DNA of 64,000 nucleotides from Eledone cirrhosa. Taxonomy: Eukaryota. Under the pieces are notes generated by a model. It saw only the letters and a list, made by a program, of their open reading frames with translations. It was not told the DNA's origin and did not search any database. Shown here in pieces: positions 27,366 to 38,497 of this stretch. A program made the translations under genes and the position numbers. The first letter of the stretch is position 1. The number at the start of each line of letters is the position of its first letter. The stretch lies in contig OZ024764.1 in assembly GCA_964016885.1 (NCBI GenBank), positions 1,054,001-1,118,000 of the forward strand. The letters are read 5' to 3'.

Positions 27366-29601
27366 AATAATTGTGTACAGTGCTCAGGTGCACTACAACT
27401 CATCAAAGGTGCATGTATAGCACATAGAATAATGTACAAATGTCATGAAAGTGAACAGTGTATGAGTCATGATATATATGTGTGTGTGTATGGAGAGAGA
27501 ATATTAGGTTAGTGTTGGTGAATTACTGAAAGCATGGACGTTTTAAATGATGCAGTGTCTCGACAGCTAACAACTGATGCAGGTAGTTTGTTCCATGGAG
27601 GTTTTAAAGGATGCAGTGTCTCGACAGCTAACAACTGATGCAGGTAGTTTGTTCCATGGAGGTTTTAAAGGATGCAGTGTCTCGACAGCTAACAACTGAT
27701 GCAGGTAGTTTGTTCCATGGAGGGTTTAAAGGATGCAGTGTCTCGACAGCTAACAACTGATGCAGGGAGCTTGTTCCATGGAGGTTTTAAAGGATGCAGT
27801 GTCTCGACAGCTAACAACTGATGCAGGTAGTTTGTTCCATGGAGGGTTTAAAGGATGCAGTGTCTCGACAGCTAACAACTGATGCAGGGAGCTTGTTCCA
27901 TGGAGGTTTTAAAGGATGCAGTGTCTCGACAGCTAACAACTGATGCAGATAGTTTGTTCCATGGAGGTTTTAAAGGATGCAGTGTCTCGACAGCTAACAA
28001 CTGATGGAGGCAGTTTGTTCCATGGAGGTTTTAAAGGATGCAGTGTCTCGACAGCTAACAACTGATGGAGGTAGTTTGTTCCATGGAGGTTTTAAAGGAT
28101 GCAGTGTCTCGACAGCTAACAACTGATGCAGGTAGTTTGTTCCATGGAGGTTTTAAATAATGCAGTGTCTCGAAAGCTAACAACTGATGCAGGTAGTTTG
28201 TTCCATGGAGGTTTTAAAGGATGCAGTGTCTCGACAGCTAACAACTGATGCAGGTAGTTTGTTCCATGGAGGTTTTAAATGATGCAGTGTCTCGACAGCT
28301 AACAACTGATGCTGGTAGTTTGTTCCATGGAGGTTTTAAATAATGCAGTGTCTCGACAGCTAACAACTGATGCTGGTAGTTTGTTCCATGGAGATTTTAA
28401 ATAATGCAGTGTCTCGAAAGCTAACAACTGATGCAGGTAGTTTGTTCCATGGAGGTTTTAAGGGATGCAGTGTCTCGACAGCTAACAACTGATGCAGGTA
28501 GTTTGTTCCATGGAGGTTTTAAATGATGCAGTGTCTCGACAGCTAACAACTGATGCTGGTAGTTTGTTCCATGGAGATTTTAAAGGTTGCAGTGTCTCGA
28601 CAGCTAACAACTTATGCAGGTAGTTTGTTCCATGGAGGTTTTAAAGGATGCAGTGTCTCGACAGCTAACAACTGATGCAGGTAGTTTGTTCCATGGAGGT
28701 TTTAAAGGATGCAGTGTCTCGACAGCTAACAACTGATGCAGGTAGTTTGTTCCATGGAGGTTTTAAAGTATGCAGTGTCTCGACAGCTAACAACTGATGC
28801 AGGTAGTTTGTTCCATGGAGGTTTTAAAGGATGCAGTGTCTCGACAGCTAACAACTGATGCAGGGAGTTTGTTCCATGGAGGTTTTAAAGGATGCAGTGT
28901 CTCGACAGCTAACAACTGATGCAGGTAGTTTGTTCCATGGAGGTTTAAAAGGATGCAGTGTCTCGACAGCTAACAACTGATGCAGGGAGTTTGTTCCATG
29001 GAGGTTTTAAAGGATGCAGTGTCTCGACGGCTAACAACTGATGTAGGTAGTTTGTTCCATGGAGGTTTTAAAGGATGCAGTGTCTCAACAGCTAACAACT
29101 GATGCAGGTAGTTTGTTCCATGGAGGTTTTAAAGGATGCAGTGTCTCAACAGCTAACAACTGATGCAGGGAGTTTGCTCCATCCTTCAGCAACTCTGAGC
29201 ATGAAAAAATGTTTCTGAAAGTCATGGGAGCTGTGCTGTTTTCTGACTTTGTGGGCATGCCCATTCAAAAAGGTGCTCAAGGTTGTTGTTGGCAAGATGG
29301 TTAACAATTTTGTGGGTGTTTACCAAGTCAGTTGCCAGACGTCGGAGCTTCAATGTATCGATGCCCAGGGAAGCAAGGCGTTAAGAGTACGGTAGATGCC
29401 TGATGGAGGGTATTTACTTGGTTGCACGTCTCTGAATAGTTTCCAGGCGGTCAATGTTCTGACCAAGATAGGGGTTCTAGACTGGTAATGCAAATTCTAA
29501 GTGTGGCCGCACCATAGCTATATACAGCCTTAAATAGATATCTGGAGAGCGGCTGACAAAGGTCTTGCTGAGTGATGCTAAGACACCCTCGGCCTTCTTG
29601 A
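27366..29601 (-). mobile_element. 5'-truncated CR1-clade LINE (degenerate ORF2 end plus 3' UTR) containing an internal 61-bp array
   Basis: Minus strand 29600-29400 translates KKAEGVLASLSKTFVSRSPDIYLRLYIAMVRPHLEFALPV*NPYLGQNIDRLETIQRRATK*, the CR1 LY..VRPHLE..W.P..QRRATK signature. It runs on into the array, and unique UTR-like sequence follows at 27530-27366. Confidence 0.85.
27533..29183 (-). repeat. Minisatellite C: 61-bp array, about 27 units, derived from the CR1 ORF2 terminus
   Basis: Plus-strand unit GTTTTAAAGGATGCAGTGTCTCGACAGCTAACAACTGATGCAGGTAGTTTGTTCCATGGAG, period 61 (27601, 27662). The minus strand encodes WNKLPASVVSCRDTASFK. Confidence 0.97.
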
Positions 29602-29742
29602 TAAGTAATTCGATGCTGTTTTTTCAGACAATAATTACTTGTGTGTGTTCTGGGGAGAAACTAGGGAGTGGTGCCCATGGCAACCGCCATGGGTACCACT
29701 TGGACTAGGAGGAATTTGTATAAAGCCAAATAAGCTATCATC

Positions 29743-31049
29743 AGAGTAATGTAAATGTTATGTGAGATATTATGTGGGGTAAAGCCTTTACTGTGACAAT
29801 ACAATAGTATATATAGAGTAATGTAAATGTTATGTGAGGTAAAGACTTTACTGTGACAATACAATAGTATATATAGAGTAATGTAAATGTTATGTGAGAT
29901 ATTATGTGAGGTAAAGCCTTTACTGTGACAATACAATAGTATATATAGAGTAATGTAAATGTTATGTGAGATATTATGTGAGGTAAAGCCTTTACTGTGA
30001 CAATACAATAGTATATATAGAGTAATGTAAATGTTATGTGAGGTATTATGTGAGGTAAAGCCTTTACTGTGAAAATACAATAGTATATATAGAGTAATGT
30101 AAATGTTATGTGAGATATTATGTGAGGTAAAGCCTTTACTGTGACAATACAATAGTATATATAGAGTAATGTAAATGTTATGTGAGGTATTATGTGAGGT
30201 AATGCCTTTACTGTGACAATACAATAGTATATATAGAGTAATGTAAATGTTATGTGAGATATTATGTGAGGTAAAGCCTTTACTGTGACAATACAATAGT
30301 ATATATAGAGTAATGTAAATGTTATGTGAGATATTATGTGAGGTAAAGCCTTTACTGTGAAAATACAATAGTATATATAGAGTAATGTAAATGTTATGTG
30401 AGATATTATGTGAGGTAAAGCCTTTACTGTGACAATACAATAGTATATATAGAGTAATGTAAATGTTATGTGAGGTATTATGTGAGGTAAAGCCTTTACT
30501 GTGAAAATACAATAGTATATATAGAGTAATGTAAATGTTATGTGAGATATTATGTGAGGTAAAGCCTTTACTGTGACAATACAATAGTATATATAGAGTA
30601 ATGTAAATGTTATGTGAGGTATTATGTGAGGTAATGCCTTTACTGTGACAATACAATAGTATATATAGAGTAATGTAAATGTTATGTGAGATATTATGTG
30701 AGGTAAAGCCTTTACTGTGACAATACAATAGTATATATAGAGTAATGTAAATGTTATGTGAGATATTATGTGAGGTAAAGCCTTTACTGTGAAAATACAA
30801 TAGTATATATAGAGTAATGTAAATGTTATGTGAGATATTATGTGAGGTAAAGCCTTTACTGTGACAATACAATAGTATATATAGAGTAATGTAAATGTTA
30901 TGTGAGGTATTATGTGAGGTAAAGCCTTTACTGTGAAAATACAATAGTATATATAGAGTAATGTAAATGTTATGTGAGATATTATGTGAGGTAAAGCCTT
31001 TACTGTGAAAATACAATAGTATATATAGAGTAATGTAAATGCTAAAGGG
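29743..31049 (-). repeat. Minisatellite D: 72-bp array, about 18 units, ending in a piggyBac-like MITE terminus (one-ended)
   Basis: 72-bp period. Terminates in TAAATGCTAAAGGG|TTAA (TTAA at 31050-31053). No second TIR at the 29743 end. Confidence 0.95.
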
Positions 31050-31152
31050 TTAAGCCTTTCTACATGTCATCATATACAGGATCATTGTGAATGACAAGGA
31101 TTATCACAGCTCTTTCTGGTCAAAGTGGCCGCCCTTACTTGTGTCAGGGTAA

Positions 31153-31183
31153 ATATAGAGTAATGTAAATGCTAAAGGGTTAA
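31153..31183 (-). mobile_element. Solo 31-bp copy of the same MITE terminus
   Basis: ATATAGAGTAATGTAAATGCTAAAGGGTTAA is repeated 130 bp after the identical sequence at 31023-31053. Confidence 0.8.
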
Positions 31184-31470
31184 AACCAGTTACTTCAGGT
31201 AGCCAGAACATGTCAGCCTTGAGTGGCAGTCTGTTTAGGACAAGGGTCGCTCTGATTTAAAAGCAAGGGTAGATGAGGCTCCTTTATTACAATCATGACA
31301 ATCCATCTGTGTACAGGAACTCAAAAATGCCCCACCCTCCCACCAGCTTTGTTTCAGGGTACACAGTAAGTTCACAGGGAGGGAAGGATCTCGAGACATT
31401 GATGATAATGATGATGATGCAATTCACTCTGAACATGTCAATGGATTTCCCACAGTGGGGTTGTCCTACG

Positions 31471-34400
31471 GGTGCCAAGACAAAAAGCACCCAGTCCACC
31501 CTGTAAAGTGGTAATGCTGGTGACATGACAAAAGCACCCAGTCCACCCTGTAAAGTGGTAATTCTGGTGACATGATAAAAACACCCAGTCCACCCTGTAA
31601 AGTGGTAGTGCTGGTGCCAAGACAAAAAACACCCAGTCCACCCTGTAAAGTGGTAGTGATGGTGACATGACAAAAAACACCCACTCCACCCTGTAAAGTG
31701 GTAGTGCTGGTGTCAAGACAAAAAGCACCCAGTCCACCCTGTAAAGTGGAAATGCTGGTGTCAAGACAAAAAGCACCCAGTCCACCCTGTAAAGTGGAAA
31801 TGCTGGTGTCAAGACAAAAAGCACCCAGTCCACCCTGTAAAGTGGAAATGCTGGTGTCAAGACAAAAAGCACCCAGTCCACCCTGTAAAGTGGTAGTGCT
31901 GGTGTCAAGACAAAAAGCACCCAGTCCACCCTGTAAAGTGGAAATGCTGGTGTCAAGACAAAAAGCACCCAGTCCACCCTGTAAAGTGGAAATGCTGGTG
32001 TCAAGACAAAAAGCACCCAGTCCACCCTGTAAAGTGGTAGTGCTGGTGACATGACAAAAAACACCCAGTCACCCTGTAAAGTGGTAATGCTGGTGACAAG
32101 ACAAAAGCACCCAGTCCACCCTGTAAAGTGGTAATGCTGGTGACATGATAAAAACACCCAGTCCACCCTGTAAAGTGGAAATGCTGGTGTCAAGACAAAA
32201 AGCACCCAGTCCACCCTGTAAAGTGGTAGTGATGGTGCCAAGACAAAAAACACCCAGTCCACCCTGTAAAGTGGTAATGCTGGTGACATGACAAAAGCAC
32301 CCAGTCCACCCTGTAAAGTGGTAGTGCTGGTGACATGACAAAAGCACCCAGTCCACCCTGTAAAGTGGTAGTGCTGGTGCCAAGACAAAAAACACCCAGT
32401 CCACCCTGTAAAGTGGTAGTGCTGGTGTCAAGACAAAAAGCACCCAGTCCACCCTGTAAAGTGGAAATGCTGGTGTCAAGACAAAAAGCACCCAGTCCAC
32501 CCTGTAAAGTGGTAGTGATGGTGCCAAGACAAAAAACACCCAGTCCACCCTGTAAAGTGGTAATGCTGGTGACATGACAAAAGCACCCAGTCCACCCTGT
32601 AAAGTGGTAGTGCTGGTGACATGACAAAAGCACCCAGTCCACCCTGTAAAGTGGTAGTGCTGGTGACATGACAAAAGCACCCAGTCCACCCTGTAAAGTG
32701 GTAGTGATGGTGACATGACAAAAGCACCTAGTCCACCCTGTAAAGTGGTAATGCTGGTGACATGACAAAAGCACCCAGTCCACCCTGTAAAGTGGTAATG
32801 CTGGTGACAAGACAAAAGCACCCAGTCCACCCTGTAAAGTGGTAATGCTGGTGACATGACAAAAGCACCCAGTCCACCCTGTAAAGTGGTAGTGATGGTG
32901 ACATGACAAAAGCACCCAGTCCACCCTGTAAAGTGGTAATGCTGGTGACATGACAAAAGCACCCAGTCCACCCTGTAAAGTGGTAGTGCTGGTGACATGA
33001 CAAAAGCACCCAGTCCACCCTGTAAAGTGGTAGTGATGGTGACATGACAAAAGCACCCAGTCCACCCTGTAAAGTGGTAATGCTGGTGACATGACAAAAG
33101 CACCCAGTCCACCCTGTAAAGTGGTAGTGCTGGTGACATGACAAAAGCACCCAGTCCACCCTGTAAAGTGGTAGTGCTGGTGACATGACAAAAGCACCCA
33201 GTCCACCCTGTAAAGTGGTAGTGCTGGTGACATGACAAAAACACCCAGTCCACCCTGTAAAGTGGTAGTGCTGGTGACATGACAAAAGCACCCAGTCCAC
33301 CCTGTAAAGTGGTAATGCTGGGGACATGACAAAAGCACCCAGTCCACCCTGTAAAGTGGTAGTGCTGGTGACACGACAAAAGCACCCAGTCCACCCTGTA
33401 AAGTGGTAGTGCTGGTGACATGACAAAAGCACCCAGTCCACCCTGTAAAGTAGTAATGCTGGTGACATGACAAAAGCACCCAGTCCACCCTGTAAAGTGG
33501 TAGTTCTGGTGACATGACAAAAGCACCCAGTCCACCCTGTAAAGTGGTAGTTCTGGTGACATGACAAAAGCACCCAATCCACCCTGTAAAGTGGTAGTGC
33601 TGGTGACATGACAAAAGCACCCAGTCCACCCTGTAAAGTGGTAATGCTGGTGACATGACAAAAGCACCCAGTCCACCCTGTAAAGTGGTAGTGATGGTGA
33701 CATTACAAAAGCACCCAGTCCACCCTGTAAAGTGGTAATGCTGGTGACATGACAAAAAACACCCAGTCCACCCTGTAAAGTGGTAGTGCTGGTGACATGA
33801 CAAAAGCACCCAGTCCACCCTGTAAAGTGGTAATGCTGGTGACATGACAAAAAACACCCAGTCCACCCTGTAAAGTGGGTTGCTGGTGACATGACAAAAG
33901 CACCCAGTCCACCCTGTAAACTGGTAGTGCTGGTGACATGACAAAAATACCCAGTCCATCCTGTAAAGTGGTAGAGCTTGTTCCACCACTAAAGGCACCC
34001 AGTCCACGTTGTAAGGTGAACGTGTTAGTGCGATGACAGAAGGCACCCAGTCCACCCTGTATGAGAATAGTGCTTGTTCCACCACAAAAGGCACCCAGTC
34101 CACCCTGTAAGGTGGTAGTGCTGGTGACTGGACAAAAAGCACCTATTCCACCCCGTAAGGGAATAGTGATTGTGCCACCACAAAAAGCACCCAGTCCACC
34201 CTGTAAGGTGGTAGTGCTGGTGACTGGACAAAAAGCACCTATTCCACCCCGTAAGGGAATAGTGATTGTGCCACCACAAAAAGCACCCAGTCCACCCTGT
34301 AAGGTGGTAGTGCTGGTGACTGGACAAAAAGCACCTATTCCACCCCGTAAGGGAATAGTGATTGTGCCACCACAAAAGGCACCCAGTCCACCCTGTAAGG

Positions 34401-34760
34401 TGGTAGTGCTGGTGACTGGACAAAAAGCACCTATTCCACCCCGTAAGGGAATAGTGATTGTGCCACCACAAAAAGCACCCAGTCCACCCTGTAAGGTGGT
34501 AGTGCTGGTGACTGGACAAAAAGCACCTATTCCACCCCGTAAGGGAATAGTGATTGTGCCACCACAAAAAGCACCCAGTCCACCTTGTAAGGTGGTAGTG
34601 TAGGCGCTGATACAAAAACGACCCAATCCACCCTGTGAGTTGGATGAGTGAGTCCCACAATAAAAAGCACTCGGTCGACCCTGTTGGTCCTACAATAAAA
34701 AGCAGCGAGAGCACCTTGTAAAGTGATAGAGGTGGTGCCACGATAAAGCACCTACTACTC
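31471..34760 (-). repeat. Minisatellite E: 47-49 bp array, with a 96-bp dimeric section at about 34091-34570
   Basis: Plus-strand unit GCACCCAGTCCACCCTGTAAAGTGGTAGTGCTGGTGACATGACAAAA. It has the same core as arrays A, B and B' and degenerates into the parental element at about 34740. Confidence 0.96.
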
Positions 34761-34933
34761 GCTGTAAAGAGGTAAACATTAGGCAGGGCATCCAGCCATA
34801 GAAAACCATGCCAAAAGTAGATCTGAAATAGGTAGGCGAGGGCACGGGGCTTGTCTAGACTCAGAGACAGTATGTCAGTGTTTGTCTAAGCCATGCAATC
34901 GAAGAAAATAGACGTTAAGCGGTGATGATGATG
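34735..34933 (+). mobile_element. RTE-type 3' UTR and tail of the element hosting array E
   Basis: GTGCCACGATAAAGCACC..CTGTAAAGAGGT..TTAGGCAGGGCATCCAGCCATAGAAAACCATGCC..GACGTTAAGCGG(TGA)n. Homologous to the reverse complement of 58430-58680, and the tail resembles the RTE tail at 24700-24743. Confidence 0.75.
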
Positions 34934-34981
<48 letters not shown>

Positions 34982-35237
34982 GGAGGTGAGTTTTATTGTA
35001 GTACAATAAAGCAATGCAGATAAAAGCTATCTCTCTCTCTCTATCACCCATCTCTCCTCCTATCTCATTATACTCCTCCCCCTTCACTTTTTACTCTCAT
35101 CTCCTCCTCTTTTATATCCCCCCCCCCTCAAAAATATTTTTTCCTAATATCACACATCAATCTAAAACTACTTTTCATATGTTGATTTAAAACTGCACTA
35201 TCCACAAGTGTTTTTAACCTTCATATCATGTCTTCCC

Positions 35238-35306
35238 ATTTTATCTGATGAAAACACAAATGTTATTGCATGATGATATTTGTTTTTGAAATGCGCATAA
35301 TAAAAT
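35238..35306 (+). ncRNA. Type I hammerhead ribozyme motif with palindromic helix III (Penelope-like)
   Basis: ATTTTAT-CTGATGA-[AAACACAAATGTTATT gcat GATGATATTTGTTTTT]-GAA-ATGCGCAT-A-ATAAAAT. Perfect 7-bp helix I, long helix II, palindromic ATGCGCAT, predicted cleavage after 35299. Confidence 0.7.
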
Positions 35307-35337
35307 ACATGGAACTCTTTTAACCATCTTTTGATCT

Positions 35338-35405
<68 letters not shown>

Positions 35406-35409
<4 letters not shown>

Positions 35410-35712
35410 ATACTTTGGGAGGGTCATGTTGCCAATAAGAAACACACGCACCAGTTGCTTTCACTTCAATTTATTATAAATTAAATTTATAAATTTAGGA
35501 ATTTATAAATTTCCGGTTGGTTGGTTGGTTGGTTGGTTCCACAACCAGACGATTGTTCATATATTGTCAAAGTTCTTTCGTCACGCATTTTGTGACCTCT
35601 TCAGTGAGTGGTGATTCTTTTCTTTGTTTTTGTGCCTCTCCTTTGTTCTGTCCTACGCCATCTTGTTTCTGTGTGTGTTGTGTGCTTAGTTTGACCCTCC
35701 CAAAGTATAACA
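35406..35712. mobile_element. 307-bp MITE with 21-bp perfect TIRs, TGT..ACA ends and ATAT flanks (Ginger-like?)
   Basis: TGTTATACTTTGGGAGGGTCA (35406-35426) and TGACCCTCCCAAAGTATAACA (35692-35712). ATAT at 35402-35405 and 35713-35716. Confidence 0.8.
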
Positions 35713-35771
35713 ATATCGGTTTCAACACACGATTTCAGATGAAGAATCTTGCTAAACAAATTCAGAAACGA

Positions 35772-35772
35772 A

Positions 35773-35844
<72 letters not shown>

Positions 35845-35958
35845 CACGTATGTTATAACTCGGAGACCTATCTTATTGAGTGCTTTGCTAACCCATCACT
35901 TCATATAAGTAGGCCGAATGACTTGCAAACCGCCAGAGATTCGATTTTACTGATTTCC

Positions 35959-36023
<65 letters not shown>

Positions 36024-36376
36024 TATATATATATATGCATGTATATATGTACATATACACATATATATACATGCATATACATATGTATGTATACATGTAT
36101 ATATATATATATATATTATATATGATTATCATCATCATCATCATCACCGTTTTACGTGCATATATAAACATGCATATACATATGTATATATAGATATATT
36201 ATATATAATTATGTATATATATATATAATATATGCATATATATATATAATATATATTATATATATATATATATATATGTACATATATACATATACATATA
36301 TATACGCACACACGTGTATGTATATATGTATGTATATATATATATGCATAAATTATATAATTATGTATATATATAA

Positions 36377-36441
<65 letters not shown>

Positions 36442-36570
36442 CATATATACATATACATATATATATGCACACATGTGTATGAATATATGTATGTATATAT
36501 ATATGCATATATTATATAATTATGTATATATATATATATAATATATGCATATATATATATAATATATATA

Positions 36571-36644
<74 letters not shown>

Positions 36645-36724
36645 CATATATACATATACATATATATTCACACACATGTGAATATATATATGCATATATT
36701 ATATATATATTATATATATATTAT

Positions 36725-36758
<34 letters not shown>

Positions 36759-36783
36759 GTAGATTATATATATATATATATAT
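35772..36783. repeat. (TA)n/(CA)n/TATG low-complexity microsatellite tract
   Basis: Nearly pure alternating purine-pyrimidine AT-rich runs. Further (TA)n runs lie at about 24007, 24965, 34938 and 35340. Confidence 0.95.
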
Positions 36784-36904
36784 TTAAAATCAACCCATGC
36801 CTTCTGGAGATAACATATCTATCAAGGTGACAATTTCATGTGATTGCACCACATTTCTTATTGTTTTTCGGTCGAGTGGCCTACAGTATTATTGTTATTA
36901 TTTC

Positions 36905-37055
36905 GGTGGTGGATTGGCAGAGTCGGGAGAGCGTCAGACACCATGCTTCACAGCATAGAGCTCCGGCCTTTTACAGTCTGAGTTCAAATCCCGCTGAGGT
37001 TAGCTTTGCAATTCATCCTTACAGAAGTCAATAAAATAAAATATCAGTAATGCAC
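36905..37055 (+). mobile_element. tRNA-derived SINE, 3'-truncated
   Basis: TGGCAGAGTCGGGAGAG, GAGTTCAAATCCC, TTTGCAATTCATCCTTAC..AAAATAAAATATCAGTAATGCAC. Stops just before the TTAA at 37059. Confidence 0.8.
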
Positions 37056-37069
37056 GATTTAACCCTTTA

Positions 37070-38286
37070 ACATTTACATTACTCTATATATACTATTGTA
37101 TTTTCATGGTAAAGGCTTTACCTCACATAATATCTCACATAACATTTACATTACTCTATATATACCATTGTATTTTCACAGTAAAGGCTTTACCTCACAT
37201 AATATCTCACATAACATTTACATTACTCTATATATACTATTGTATTTTCACAGTAAAGGCTTTACCTCACATAATATCTCACATAACATTTACATTACTC
37301 TATATATACCATTGTATTTTCACAGTAAAGGCTTTACCTCACATAATATCTCACATAACATTTACATTACTCTATATATACTATTGTATTGTCACAGTAA
37401 AGGCTTTACCTCACATAATACCTCACATAACATTTACATTACTCTATATATACTATTGTATTGTCACAGTAAAGGCTTTACCTCACATAATACCTCACAT
37501 AACATTTACATTACTCTATATATACTATTGTATTTTCACAGTGAAGGCTTTACCTAACATAATTGTTTCTACTTTTGGCACAAGGCCAGCAATTATTCCA
37601 GTGCATTACTGGTACTTTATTTTATCGACCCCGTAAGGATGAAAGGCAAAGTTAACCTCGGCGGGATTTGAACTCAGATCATAAAGGGAGGTAACTCTAT
37701 GCTTCAAAGCATGGCGTCCGACCCTTACCGATACTGCCAATCCAAGTAAAGGCTTTACCTCACATAATACCTCACATAACATTTACATTACTCTATATAT
37801 ACTATTGTATTTTCACAGTAAAGGCTTTACCTCACATAATATCTCACATAACATTTACATTACTCTATATATACTATTGTATTGTCACAGTAAAGGCTTT
37901 ACCTCACATAATATCTCACATAACATTTACATTACTCTATATATACTATTGTATTTTCACAGTAAAGGCTTTACCTCACATAATACCTCACATCACATTT
38001 ACATTACTCTATATATACTATTGTATCGTCACAGTAAAGGCTTTACCTCACATAATATCACACATAACATTTACATTACTCTATATATACTATTGTATTT
38101 TCACGGTAAAGGCTTTACCTCACATAATACCTCACATAACATTTACATTACTCTATATATACTATTGTATTTTCACAGTAAAGGCTTTATCTCACATAAT
38201 ATCTCACATAACATTTACATTACTCTATATATACTATTGTATTTTCACACTAAAGGCTTTACCTCACATAATATCTCACATAACAT
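37070..38286 (+). repeat. 72-bp array, segment 1
   Basis: Unit ACATTTACATTACTCTATATATACTATTGTATT(G/T)TCACAGTAAAGGCTTTACCTCACATAATATCTCACATA, interrupted by a SINE. Confidence 0.96.
37564..37744 (-). mobile_element. tRNA-derived SINE inserted in the 72-bp array, TSD of about 24 bp
   Basis: Full reverse-complement copy of the SINE family. Flanks are AGTGAAGGCTTTACCTAACATAAT (37540-63) and AGTAAAGGCTTTACCTCACATAAT (37745-68). Confidence 0.88.
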
Positions 38287-38497
38287 CTCGTATACGAGAG
38301 ACGTGTGTTGACGTGTGTGAACAAGCTCGGCTACCGAGTCGGATTTACTTACTCAAAAAGTGAGTTTTGATTAATTTTTTTATACTGTAATATACGTTAA
38401 CCCCTTGCCTTGGTCGTCAAACTTTGAGTTTATTTATTTTCGCCCCTTTCTGGGGCGAATTTTCCAGTTAAAAATTTATTACGGCAAACTAATAGAA

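Noticed and set aside
1-34760. CRISPR-like appearance of the short regular repeats
   Set aside because: Units are head-to-tail with no unique spacers, there are no cas genes, and the context is eukaryotic TEs.
35749-36830. YIYI ORFs
   Set aside because: Translations of (TA)n microsatellite.
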